DNA of 54,924 nucleotides from a virus (taxonomy: Duplodnaviria; Caudoviricetes), in IMG/VR virus record IMGVR_UViG_3300042402_003477, positions 1 to 54,924 of that record; one strand, written 5' to 3'. The notes under the pieces are model-generated. The model was not told the DNA's origin, did not search any database, and was given only the letters and a program-made list of their open reading frames with translations. A program made the translations under genes and the position numbers. Shown here piece after piece: positions 46,542 to 54,566 of this stretch (position 1 is its first letter; each line of letters starts with the position of its first letter).

Positions 46542-46922
46542 ATGCATCAAATGAAACCAGGGGACTTTTGCCCCTTAATTAAGAAGAAGTGTATTGGTCT
46601 TAAGTGCAGTTGGTACACTCAAGTAAGAGGAATGAATCCAAATACGGGAGAAATGGTTGATAACTGGGGATGTGCTGTAACTTGGTTGCCAATGCTTCAG
46701 ATTGAAACATCTCAACAGGCAAGACAAGCAGGTGCTGCAGTTGAATCTTTCAGAAATGAAGTTGTGAGATCTAATGCACAAAATCAACAACTTTATCTTG
46801 ATTATATTGAGGAACAAAAGAAAACTTCTGGAGTTCTTCCCGCAAGTGTAACTCCATTAGAAACCCCAATAAATATGATTACCCCTGGAGAAGAAGAGGA
46901 GCAAAGTAATGACTGTGAATAG
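46542..46922 (+). CDS. Cys-rich hypothetical protein (fibre-module associated)
   Basis: CPL..K.C...C.W...WGCAV.WLP...AAVESFRNE. Confidence 0.75.
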   Translation: MHQMKPGDFCPLIKKKCIGLKCSWYTQVRGMNPNTGEMVDNWGCAVTWLPMLQIETSQQARQAGAAVESFRNEVVRSNAQNQQLYLDYIEEQKKTSGVLPASVTPLETPINMITPGEEEEQSNDCE

Positions 46923-47433
46923 AATGGCTTATTTTCCTGGAGATAAAAGTCTTATGGTTGGAGAAGAAACTATTTTTGATGTTGAAATAGATTGGATCCC
47001 TGATAATATTCATTGCGTTCAATGGTATGGTGAAGAGTATGGTGGAGAATTAGAATTTAAACCTGAAGGTGGTCCATTTGGTCCAAAACCATTTAATGAA
47101 AGATTTACTGAACTGGGTCAATGGCAAGGGATAGTAGATATTTTTTATGAAGAAAAGCAAAGAAGAATTGATGCTGATATTGCTGCAGCAGAGGCAGCAG
47201 AAGCAGCAAGAGATTATTGGGCAGAACTGAGAGCAATTAGGGATGAACTTCTTTTGAGATGTGATTGGACCCAACTTTCAGATGTTTCTTTAACAGAAGA
47301 ACAGAAAACTGCATGGTCTGTTTATAGACAACAACTCAGAGATCTTCCTGATGTTATCACAGATCCAAAACCAATGGTTGTTGCTTTTTATAATGGAGAA
47401 ATCCATCCAGATTGGCCTGTTAAACCACAATAA
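46909..47433 (+). CDS. tail fibre assembly chaperone-like protein
   Basis: R..RD.LL..CDWTQL.D...W..YRQ.LRDLP...WP.KP. Confidence 0.8.
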   Translation: MTVNRMAYFPGDKSLMVGEETIFDVEIDWIPDNIHCVQWYGEEYGGELEFKPEGGPFGPKPFNERFTELGQWQGIVDIFYEEKQRRIDADIAAAEAAEAARDYWAELRAIRDELLLRCDWTQLSDVSLTEEQKTAWSVYRQQLRDLPDVITDPKPMVVAFYNGEIHPDWPVKPQ

Positions 47434-47449
47434 TACATAGGAGAAAATT

Positions 47450-47866
47450 ATGAGAATTGGTAATTATGAAATTAAACCTGGAGTAGATCTTAGTGGAGTT
47501 GATTTAAGTCATCAAGATCTACAATATGTAAATCTTCAAGGTGCAAATTTGCAAAATGCAAATCTTGAAGGATGTAATCTAAAAGGTTCTAATTTAAGAT
47601 ATGCTAAATTAGAAAATGCTAATCTTGTAAATGCAAATCTTGATAAGACTGATTTAGAAGGTGCAAATCTACAAAATGCTAGACTTGAGAATGCTTCATT
47701 TAAAGGTATGATGTCTTCTCATGAAACTAACTTCTTGGGAACAGTATTTGATCCTAATACCTCTTCTTCTACAAATCATAATACTAGAGATTTAGAACTG
47801 GAAGTTCAGGAACTCAGGAAGTATAAAGAGTTATATGAAGAAATTAAGTCTAAAATGATCCTTTAA
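47450..47866 (+). CDS. pentapeptide repeat protein
   Basis: A(N/D)LxG/A repeats: ANLQN ANLEG CNLKG SNLRY AKLEN. Confidence 0.9.
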   Translation: MRIGNYEIKPGVDLSGVDLSHQDLQYVNLQGANLQNANLEGCNLKGSNLRYAKLENANLVNANLDKTDLEGANLQNARLENASFKGMMSSHETNFLGTVFDPNTSSSTNHNTRDLELEVQELRKYKELYEEIKSKMIL

Positions 47867-47905
47867 TACTTAAAGATACAACTAATCTTGAAACCTGACA
47901 GAGTG

Positions 47906-47934
47906 ATCCTACTCATGATTTCACTTCTTGTCAA
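47906..47934 (-). promoter_or_regulatory. antisense sigma70-type promoter
   Basis: minus strand TTGACA (47934-47929)-N17-TAGGAT (47911-47906). Confidence 0.6.
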
Positions 47935-47935
47935 C

Positions 47936-47969
47936 TTGACATTTTGATGCAGTGCTTATAGTATAAATA
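47936..47969 (+). promoter_or_regulatory. sigma70-type promoter overlapping a late promoter
   Basis: TTGACA-N17-TAGTAT plus TATAAATA at 47962-47969. Confidence 0.65.
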
Positions 47970-47986
47970 ACTAAAAACTAGAAGTT

Positions 47987-48388
47987 ATGACAGTAGAATC
48001 TCCACAAATTGATATTAAATGGACTATTACAGACTTGGAACGTAAAACTTCCGATGGATATGTCTATAGAGCATTTTGGAAAATTATTGCTACATATGAA
48101 AATACTGAAACAGGAATTCATGGATCCGTTGAATTTCCCAGAACAGCAGATTTTATTCCATTTGAAGATTTGACTGAAGATATAATAGTCTCTTGGACTA
48201 AAAATCAATTAGGACCTAGATCTGTAAATAGTTTAGAAGAAACAGTCGTTCATGAATTAGAACTTAAAATTTCTCCTATTACTTTTTCTACAGGACTTCC
48301 TTGGGCAACTCCAGTAGATGAAGAAACTCCAGTAATTGAAGAAACTGTTGAAGAAACTGTTGAAGAAACTGTTGAAGAAACTCCATAA
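47987..48388 (+). CDS. conserved phage hypothetical protein (fibre-associated)
   Basis: W.I..LER...DG.V...FIPFEDLTE..I..W...GLPW; EETV tail. Confidence 0.75.
   Translation: MTVESPQIDIKWTITDLERKTSDGYVYRAFWKIIATYENTETGIHGSVEFPRTADFIPFEDLTEDIIVSWTKNQLGPRSVNSLEETVVHELELKISPITFSTGLPWATPVDEETPVIEETVEETVEETVEETP
48338..48385 (+). repeat. 12-bp tandem repeat (EETV x3 + EETP)
   Basis: gaagaaactgtt x3 then gaagaaactcca. Confidence 0.9.
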
Positions 48389-48445
48389 GACAGTTGACAT
48401 AGTGGCACAGTAGGGGGTCTTTGGACCCCTTTTTTCTGTTATGAT
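48389..48445 (+). promoter_or_regulatory. putative early promoter motif, copy 2 (overlaps terminator)
   Basis: GACAGT-N6-AGTGGC, hairpin, TGtTATGAT. Confidence 0.6.
48412..48435 (+). terminator. intrinsic terminator
   Basis: AGGGGGTC-TTTG-GACCCCTT followed by a T run. Confidence 0.85.
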
Positions 48446-48469
48446 GAACGGAGTTCAAAAGCACACCAG

Positions 48470-50659
48470 ATGTCTGTCAATCTAGAAGTCAAGGGTTCTC
48501 TTGCCAAATGTCTGGCAACCGAGAACTTGATTATCGAGCACAAGAAAGTTCCGACTGCTATGTTTGATGTAGACCGTCGTGTACTGACACTTCCTAACTG
48601 GGATAAAGCATCTGCAACTGTCTATGACCTTCTGGTTGGACACGAGGTAGGACACGCACTCTTTACCGATAATATTGACTGGACTGTAGACTATCCTGAA
48701 GTTCCTAAAGACTTTGTGAATGTTCTTGAGGATGTTCGTGTAGAACGTCTAATGAAGAAAAAGTATCCTGGTCTTTCTCGGACTTTCTACAATGGTTACA
48801 ATGAACTGAATGCCGATGACTTCTTTTCAACCAAGGAAGAGAACCTGGATGAACTGACTTTCATTGACAGAATCAATCTGTATTATAAGATTGGCGCATT
48901 TCATAACATTGCCTTCAATGATGAGGAGAATGAGTTTCTGACTCGTGCTACTCTGACCGAAACGTTTGATGAAGTGCTGCAACTTGCTCGTGAAATCACC
49001 GAGTTTGTTCAGTACAAACGTAAAAAGGTATCCAATATGCCTACTCAAGGTGGTGGGGAAGAAATGTCTGGTCCTGGTGGTGAAGAAGTAGAAGGTCCGC
49101 AGAGTTCTTCTTCCGAAAATGGAGAGAACCAAAACGGACAGAACCAAAGTAATCTTCAGCAAGATTCACAGGGTCAATCACAAACTGAAGGTGAATCCTT
49201 CGGTGATGATATGAATAAGTCTATGGAAGCACCGAATGGTGGTGGTTTCGGTCAGGAAGCAAGCAATAAGCACGAGAAAACTAATCGTGATGAGATGACT
49301 TCCAAGACTTCTCGTTCCTTTGATGAAAAGTCTCAAGACCTTGTGGATAAGTATGCCCAAGAGACTAACTATGTGGAACTTCCCAAGATGAATCTTGAGA
49401 CAATGGTAATTCCCAATGAATTCATTCATAGTAAGGCAAAGTATTTCTACGAGAATAGTGGAACTTATTATGCAGAAACCTTCAAGGTTGCTTGTCAGGA
49501 ATATAATACCTACAAGAAGTCTGCAGAGAAGGAAGTTTCTTATCTGGTAAAAGAGTTTGAGTGCAAGAAGTCTGCAGATCAATATGCTCGTTCTAGCACT
49601 GCTCGCACTGGTATTCTAGATACTGCTAAACTTCATACTTATAAGTTCAACGAAGACCTGTTTAAGAAGGTTTCTGTGGTCCCTGATGGTAAGAATCACG
49701 GTCTCATCTTCATTCTTGACTGGTCTGGTTCAATGAGTGAGTTTATTCTGGATGCTTACAAGCAACTGTTGAACCTGATTTGGTTCTGCCGTAAGGTGAA
49801 TATTCCCTTCGAAGTGTATGCCTTCACTCTGGATGCACACGCATATATGGAACTGCAACCGAATCATCCTCCTGTTTATGATAAAGTTCCTGATGTGATT
49901 GCTCCTGAGCAATCATTCCGTCTGATGAACTTCTTCACCAGCAAAACTAACAATCGTGTTCTTGAAGAACAACTTAAGAATATCTGGTGTGCTTGCTGGT
50001 CATATCAGAAACGCAGTGGTGCTGTTCCTCCTCACCTGGACCTTTCGGGTTCTCCTATTGGGGAAAGTCTGATCTCACTTCACTCTCTGATCCCCGATTT
50101 TCAGGCAAAGAATAAACTACAGAAGGTGAATGTTATCTTCCTGACTGATGGTGAGGGATACCAGAATTCCGTGACGGTTGCACGTAAGGGTCGTTATCCA
50201 GATTCTCCTGATTACGTTGGAAACACAAAGCATCATCGCACTGCTATTCGTGATAGGAAGACTGGTCGTGTCTATTCTTCTCTGGATTATGATAACTTCC
50301 CTCGTTATGCCAAAGTTCTCCTGCAAACGGTGAAAGATAGGTTCCCGACTGTGAATGTGATTAACTTTCGTATCACTCCTAGTCGTGATTTCTCAATGTG
50401 TCATCGTTGGTATGGAACTGGTGTAGAGAACTACGAAAAAGTCAAGGGAGAGTTTCGCAAGCAAGGTTGTGTTCAATTCCAAGACACTGGATTTGACCAA
50501 TTCAATGTGATTGCTGCTAACTCTCTCGCACAAGATGAGGAGTTTTCTGTTCCTGAGAATGCTACCAAAGCACAAATCAAAACTGCTTTTAGTAAAGTTC
50601 TTGGTAAGAAAAAGACTAACAAGAAACTTCTTAGTAACTTTATTTCTATGGTTGCCTGA
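48470..50659 (+). CDS. CobT-like protein: HExxH metallopeptidase-like N-domain plus VWA domain
   Basis: HEVGH...NVLEDVRVE; LDWSGSM MIDAS; FLTDGE. Confidence 0.85.
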   Translation: MSVNLEVKGSLAKCLATENLIIEHKKVPTAMFDVDRRVLTLPNWDKASATVYDLLVGHEVGHALFTDNIDWTVDYPEVPKDFVNVLEDVRVERLMKKKYPGLSRTFYNGYNELNADDFFSTKEENLDELTFIDRINLYYKIGAFHNIAFNDEENEFLTRATLTETFDEVLQLAREITEFVQYKRKKVSNMPTQGGGEEMSGPGGEEVEGPQSSSSENGENQNGQNQSNLQQDSQGQSQTEGESFGDDMNKSMEAPNGGGFGQEASNKHEKTNRDEMTSKTSRSFDEKSQDLVDKYAQETNYVELPKMNLETMVIPNEFIHSKAKYFYENSGTYYAETFKVACQEYNTYKKSAEKEVSYLVKEFECKKSADQYARSSTARTGILDTAKLHTYKFNEDLFKKVSVVPDGKNHGLIFILDWSGSMSEFILDAYKQLLNLIWFCRKVNIPFEVYAFTLDAHAYMELQPNHPPVYDKVPDVIAPEQSFRLMNFFTSKTNNRVLEEQLKNIWCACWSYQKRSGAVPPHLDLSGSPIGESLISLHSLIPDFQAKNKLQKVNVIFLTDGEGYQNSVTVARKGRYPDSPDYVGNTKHHRTAIRDRKTGRVYSSLDYDNFPRYAKVLLQTVKDRFPTVNVINFRITPSRDFSMCHRWYGTGVENYEKVKGEFRKQGCVQFQDTGFDQFNVIAANSLAQDEEFSVPENATKAQIKTAFSKVLGKKKTNKKLLSNFISMVA

Positions 50660-50665
50660 CCACCT

Positions 50666-50691
50666 GGGGGAGTATTTATTACTCTCCTTTT
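50666..50691 (+). terminator. intrinsic terminator
   Basis: GGGGAGTA-TTTAT-TACTCTCC followed by TTTT. Confidence 0.7.
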
Positions 50692-50698
50692 ATAAATA
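50691..50698 (+). promoter_or_regulatory. T4-type late promoter
   Basis: TATAAATA immediately after the terminator. Confidence 0.75.
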
Positions 50699-50718
50699 AC
50701 TAAAAAGTAATTGTAAGA

Positions 50719-51441
50719 ATGGACGTACAAACACTTCGCAATCTTCAAGAAGCATATATGGAAGTTGTTATGGGGGAAGGAAAAGTTCCTTGGAATGACC
50801 CAGATAGACCTTTGCAAAGTGGGCATACCCCAGCAGAAAAAAATAGAGCTAAGAGACAAAGAACAGGTGTAGAAGACCCAAATACTCCTCAATATAAAAT
50901 AAGTGATAAAAATATGTCTAGATATGGATCAATGAAGGAAGTAGATGATACCGAAACGTCTAAAGCACCAAAACAAAAGAAAACAATTTTTGGTAAAAAG
51001 AAACCGTTAGAACACGAAACTCCTCCCCATGAATTCAAAAAAGATAGAATATTAAATCCAGAAAGAACTGATAATGAATATGGTATGAATAAATCCGCTA
51101 GAGCTAGTGGCAAAAGTCAAGGTAATGCTACTAAAGGTCAGGCAAGAAGGGCAGTAGGAAATGCTTTTAAAAGTCTTAGAGATGGAAATGCTAATATTTT
51201 TCCAACTCCAATAGACCAAACAGATGCAAGAAGAAGAACTTCTAGCAAATGGGGAGGACCAAATCCTAGAGGATCTTCTCCACGTAATCCAATTGTTAGA
51301 AAAACACGCAAAGAACAAGTAGACCTCTACGACATCATCCTCTCGCACCTTTTAGGCGAAGGATATGCTGATACACCAGAATCAGCAGAAGTAATTATGG
51401 TAAATATGAGTGAAGAGTGGAGAGATTCAATTCTAGGGTGA
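50719..51441 (+). CDS. late basic low-complexity protein (possible internal head protein)
   Basis: LQEAYMEV N-terminus; C-terminus DLYDIILSHLL.EGYA...IMVNMSEEW; K/R-rich middle; late promoter. Confidence 0.65.
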   Translation: MDVQTLRNLQEAYMEVVMGEGKVPWNDPDRPLQSGHTPAEKNRAKRQRTGVEDPNTPQYKISDKNMSRYGSMKEVDDTETSKAPKQKKTIFGKKKPLEHETPPHEFKKDRILNPERTDNEYGMNKSARASGKSQGNATKGQARRAVGNAFKSLRDGNANIFPTPIDQTDARRRTSSKWGGPNPRGSSPRNPIVRKTRKEQVDLYDIILSHLLGEGYADTPESAEVIMVNMSEEWRDSILG

Positions 51442-51443
51442 GG

Positions 51444-51499
51444 ACCACTTCCCAAACCGTCCAAAGGTGCCCCTGAGGCACCTTTTTTCGTGCTATGAT
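51444..51499 (+). promoter_or_regulatory. putative early promoter motif, copy 3 (overlaps terminator)
   Basis: ACCACT-N6-ACCGTC, hairpin, TGcTATGAT. Confidence 0.55.
51464..51488 (+). terminator. intrinsic terminator
   Basis: AAGGTGCC-CCTGA-GGCACCTT followed by a T run. Confidence 0.85.
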
Positions 51500-51521
51500 T
51501 ACGGAGTAATCAACCAAACCG

Positions 51522-52658
51522 ATGCCTCGCAAATCTAACATTATGTCCGACCAAGCAATCTCCATCTTGAAAGAAAAGTTTGGCACCGAGTTTGGTGCTG
51601 ATGCAGTAAAAGAAGTTGCAACAGAACTAGGCACTTCGTATGCGACCCTTTCCAAATATCTAAATCAATATAAGGTAGGTCGTGGTAAATGGAATCTGGA
51701 GGCAACCGTGCAAGAACTTGAAGAAACTTACAACTCCCCTGCTGTAGAGGGAACTGATACGGTTCCTGGTGTGGCAACTATGAATTCTGTCGTGCAAAAT
51801 CTTATTCCCAAGAAAGATGCTACCTTCGTCAGCTTTGGTAATTTTTCGGATATTAAAAAAGTTATTCAGTCTGGTCTATTCTATCCTGCTTTCATCACTG
51901 GTCTTTCTGGTAATGGAAAAACTTTCGGTGTGGAACAGTCTTGTGCCCAACTTGGTCGTGAACTGATTCGTGTCAACATCACGATTGAGACTGATGAGGA
52001 TGACCTGATTGGTGGTTTCCGACTGGTGAACGGTGAAACTGTCTGGCACAACGGTCCTGTGGTGGAAGCAATGGAACGTGGGGCAATCCTTCTGCTGGAT
52101 GAGGTTGACCTTGCTTCCAACAAGATTATGTGTCTTCAGTCTGTGCTTGAGGGTAAGGGTGTGTTCCTCAAGAAAATTGGTAAGCACGTTGTTCCCAAGG
52201 CAGGTTTCAATGTGATTGCGACTGCAAACACCAAGGGTAAGGGTTCTGATGATGGTCGTTTCATCGGCACCAATGTTCTCAACGAGGCATTCCTGGAACG
52301 ATTCCCTATCACCTTCGAACAGGAATATCCTACTGTCAGTGTTGAGACTAAAATCTTGACTAAGGTTGCAGAATCACTTAGTATTCCTATGATTGGTGAG
52401 CATACTGATTTTATCAAGCACCTTTGCACCTGGTCTGAGATTATTCGTAAGACCTTCAACGATGGTGGTATTGATGAAGTCATCAGCACTCGTCGTCTGG
52501 TTCATATCATCAAGGCATATTCTATCTTCGGTAAGAAGGACAAAGCAATCAAGGTTTGCCTGAATCGTTTTGATGATGAAACCAAAGCAACCTTTGTTGA
52601 GTTGTATGACAAGATTGATGCTGAATTTAAGCAAACCGAAACGCAGGAGTTGGGGTGA
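51522..52658 (+). CDS. cobS: CobS-like MoxR-family AAA+ ATPase
   Basis: GLSGNGKT, ETDEDDLIGG, LLLDEVD, ATANTKGKGS..G, NEAFLERF, STRRL. Confidence 0.9.
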   Translation: MPRKSNIMSDQAISILKEKFGTEFGADAVKEVATELGTSYATLSKYLNQYKVGRGKWNLEATVQELEETYNSPAVEGTDTVPGVATMNSVVQNLIPKKDATFVSFGNFSDIKKVIQSGLFYPAFITGLSGNGKTFGVEQSCAQLGRELIRVNITIETDEDDLIGGFRLVNGETVWHNGPVVEAMERGAILLLDEVDLASNKIMCLQSVLEGKGVFLKKIGKHVVPKAGFNVIATANTKGKGSDDGRFIGTNVLNEAFLERFPITFEQEYPTVSVETKILTKVAESLSIPMIGEHTDFIKHLCTWSEIIRKTFNDGGIDEVISTRRLVHIIKAYSIFGKKDKAIKVCLNRFDDETKATFVELYDKIDAEFKQTETQELG

Positions 52659-52707
52659 TCCCCCTTCCTGTCTATATAAAAACATACCAACACTTCACTG
52701 TATTCTT

Positions 52708-52839
52708 ATGAGCACAACTTTTCTGGAAAAGGATGCCGATTCAATTTATGAGGATTTGGAAGAAACTCCAAATGAGGAATATGAAGATGAATATCGTGAA
52801 GATAGAATGGATCAGATGATTTCTAGATATGGTTATTGA
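52708..52839 (+). CDS. 43-aa acidic hypothetical protein
   Basis: MSTTFLEKDAD...; start reassigned from 52570, which overlaps cobS. Confidence 0.6.
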   Translation: MSTTFLEKDADSIYEDLEETPNEEYEDEYREDRMDQMISRYGY

Positions 52840-52849
52840 GGGGAAATCA

Positions 52850-52990
52850 ATGATTCAAAATATAGAAGAATTGATGCTTCTTGAGCATCACCAAGAACTC
52901 AAGCAATTTGCTGAATACCTTGGAGTTGATTATGAAGATTACCTAGAATTTCTACATCCAGATGTTGATTTTGATGATATTTCAAGGTAA
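52850..52990 (+). CDS. 46-aa acidic hypothetical protein (absent from the ORF track)
   Basis: SD GAGGGG; MIQNIEELMLL...FAEYLGVDYEDY. Confidence 0.6.
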   Translation: MIQNIEELMLLEHHQELKQFAEYLGVDYEDYLEFLHPDVDFDDISR

Positions 52991-52995
52991 ATTAT

Positions 52996-53154
52996 ATGAG
53001 TGATGAGTTTGGTTGGATTAGTAAAAATATGGAATGGGCAATCGTTCCATATGGTAAAAAATTTATGTCGATTTACAAAGGACAGCAAATTTCGGTTCAT
53101 ACCACAATGGATACTGCAAAAAAATTTGTTAATCGGGAGATAAAGAAACGATGA
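52996..53154 (+). CDS. 52-aa hypothetical protein (absent from the ORF track)
   Basis: MSDEFGWISKNMEWAIVPYGKKF...; stop overlaps the next ATG. Confidence 0.65.
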   Translation: MSDEFGWISKNMEWAIVPYGKKFMSIYKGQQISVHTTMDTAKKFVNREIKKR

Positions 53155-53414
53155 CAATCGAAAAAATCGAATCAATTCATCAAGACAATGATGGGGTTGT
53201 TTATGTCTCTGCTGTGATTGATGAGGTTTTATTGATGTACTCACAGACTTTATACGATCCTCCTGAATATGGACCTGGACTATGTGAAGCATCTTTTACT
53301 TTGAGTGAAGAAGAATATCTGCCAGACAATGAATATGAACTTATTCAATTTCTGGAGGATCTGGATCTAGATTGGACTCTGGTTGACTGTAGTGATGATT
53401 ATTATTGCGATTAA
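53151..53414 (+). CDS. hypothetical protein
   Basis: 87 aa, QTLYDPPEYGPGLC motif. Confidence 0.7.
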   Translation: MTIEKIESIHQDNDGVVYVSAVIDEVLLMYSQTLYDPPEYGPGLCEASFTLSEEEYLPDNEYELIQFLEDLDLDWTLVDCSDDYYCD

Positions 53415-53446
53415 TTTTCAACTCTTTTTACTCTCCTAACAAAGAA

Positions 53447-53611
53447 ATGAACTACAACAGAAACAAAGCAATAGACCTCATGGTAGAGGACTTGCATACG
53501 GTACATCACGAAATAAGATGTAGGGCAAAGGGTCAAGGTTGTGAGGGTGAGTTGGACATTATTAAGCAGCAATTGTTAGATTATCTAACATTCTTAAGAA
53601 AAACGCCATGA
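53447..53611 (+). CDS. hypothetical protein
   Basis: MNYNRNKAIDLMVEDL...; ATG preferred over the TTG at 53405. Confidence 0.55.
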   Translation: MNYNRNKAIDLMVEDLHTVHHEIRCRAKGQGCEGELDIIKQQLLDYLTFLRKTP

Positions 53612-53868
53612 TTTATTACTACAGTCTCTTCACAGTATTTGCTATCATTATTACAATGATGATAATAGATGCAAATGTATCAGATTACATTTATCTGATT
53701 AGTAAATCTATTGGTACTAAATTCAAGAGACTTTATTGGATGATGAGGTTTCATCCATTTATATTTTCAAATCCACTAGGACAATGGTGGATGATGAGAA
53801 AACATATGAAGACAGCAGAAGAACTGTCAAAGCAACTTTCCAAATCCAATGAAGATGAATTAAAATGA
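53608..53868 (+). CDS. small membrane protein
   Basis: N-terminal hydrophobic helix; coupled overlaps. Confidence 0.65.
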   Translation: MIYYYSLFTVFAIIITMMIIDANVSDYIYLISKSIGTKFKRLYWMMRFHPFIFSNPLGQWWMMRKHMKTAEELSKQLSKSNEDELK

Positions 53869-54131
53869 AAAAGGATGACAAGCAAGAGTTTCCATACGAA
53901 CAATTTCCAGTAAAGGTCATTCATAAAGATGGAAAGGAACTAAAGGATAAGAAGACTTGTTATTTCCAAAATCAAAATCACGCAGAAAAATATATCACTA
54001 GGTGCAAGTTCACGACTAAAGATTATGAAATTTTTATCAAACCTGGAACTAATGTGGAGACTGTGGGCAAAAGCACTCGGAGAAAAAGCACATCCAACAA
54101 ATCATCTAGCAGATCGAATCGCAGTAATTAG
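53865..54131 (+). CDS. basic hypothetical protein
   Basis: FPYEQFP...KTCYFQ...HAEKYI.R. Confidence 0.6.
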   Translation: MKKDDKQEFPYEQFPVKVIHKDGKELKDKKTCYFQNQNHAEKYITRCKFTTKDYEIFIKPGTNVETVGKSTRRKSTSNKSSSRSNRSN

Positions 54132-54363
54132 AACAATTATCTTTACTACATATCTTGTGACAAACTGCTTTATCGTGGCAGGTGTAATTCGTCATTGGAA
54201 TGATAGGGAAATTAAAGTTGAGGTGGAAATTTATGAAAATTCAAACTATTCGGAAAAGTTATACTCAAAAGGATGGGACGGTATGGAAGTGGGTAGAACC
54301 TCCAGAATTGAGGGAGTTTATTCTTCAGGTACAGTCAAAAACAAAACAGGAGAGTTTGAATGA
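54052..54363 (+). CDS. small membrane protein (MWRLWAKALGEK type)
   Basis: WRLWAKALGEK...AD..A.IRT...TNCFIVAGVIRHW. Confidence 0.65.
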   Translation: MWRLWAKALGEKAHPTNHLADRIAVIRTIIFTTYLVTNCFIVAGVIRHWNDREIKVEVEIYENSNYSEKLYSKGWDGMEVGRTSRIEGVYSSGTVKNKTGEFE

Positions 54364-54370
54364 ATCCTGA
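54233..54370 (+). CDS. 45-aa hypothetical protein, overlapping (absent from the ORF track)
   Basis: SD GAGGTG; MKIQTIRKSYTQKDGTVWKWVEPPELREFI. Confidence 0.45.
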   Translation: MKIQTIRKSYTQKDGTVWKWVEPPELREFILQVQSKTKQESLNES

Positions 54371-54566
54371 ATGGATTGATGACACATTTTATATTAAAGA
54401 GCAAAGATGGGGAACTTGGGTATCTTATGATAAAGAGGACAAATCAATTATCACATCTCTCACTAAAGAGCAATGTATTTCAGCAACCCGTTTTTATCTT
54501 AAGGGACGGCAGGAAGGTTTCACTGAATCCCAAACTTATGAAGGCGTAGTAGGTGGAAAACTCTAG
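54360..54566 (+). CDS. hypothetical protein
   Basis: 68 aa; WIDD.F...ITSLT.E.C..ATR.YLK..QEG...Y.G.VGGKL. Confidence 0.7.
   Translation: MNPEWIDDTFYIKEQRWGTWVSYDKEDKSIITSLTKEQCISATRFYLKGRQEGFTESQTYEGVVGGKL

Noticed and set aside
21994-47433. Diversity-generating retroelement or invertase shufflon acting on fibre tips
   Set aside because: No reverse transcriptase or recombinase is in the window. The duplicated tips differ at all base types rather than only at adenines, and no inverted crossover sites were seen.
52652-52664. GGGG-TGAT-CCCC hairpin at the cobS stop as a terminator
   Set aside because: The stem is short and there is no U tract.
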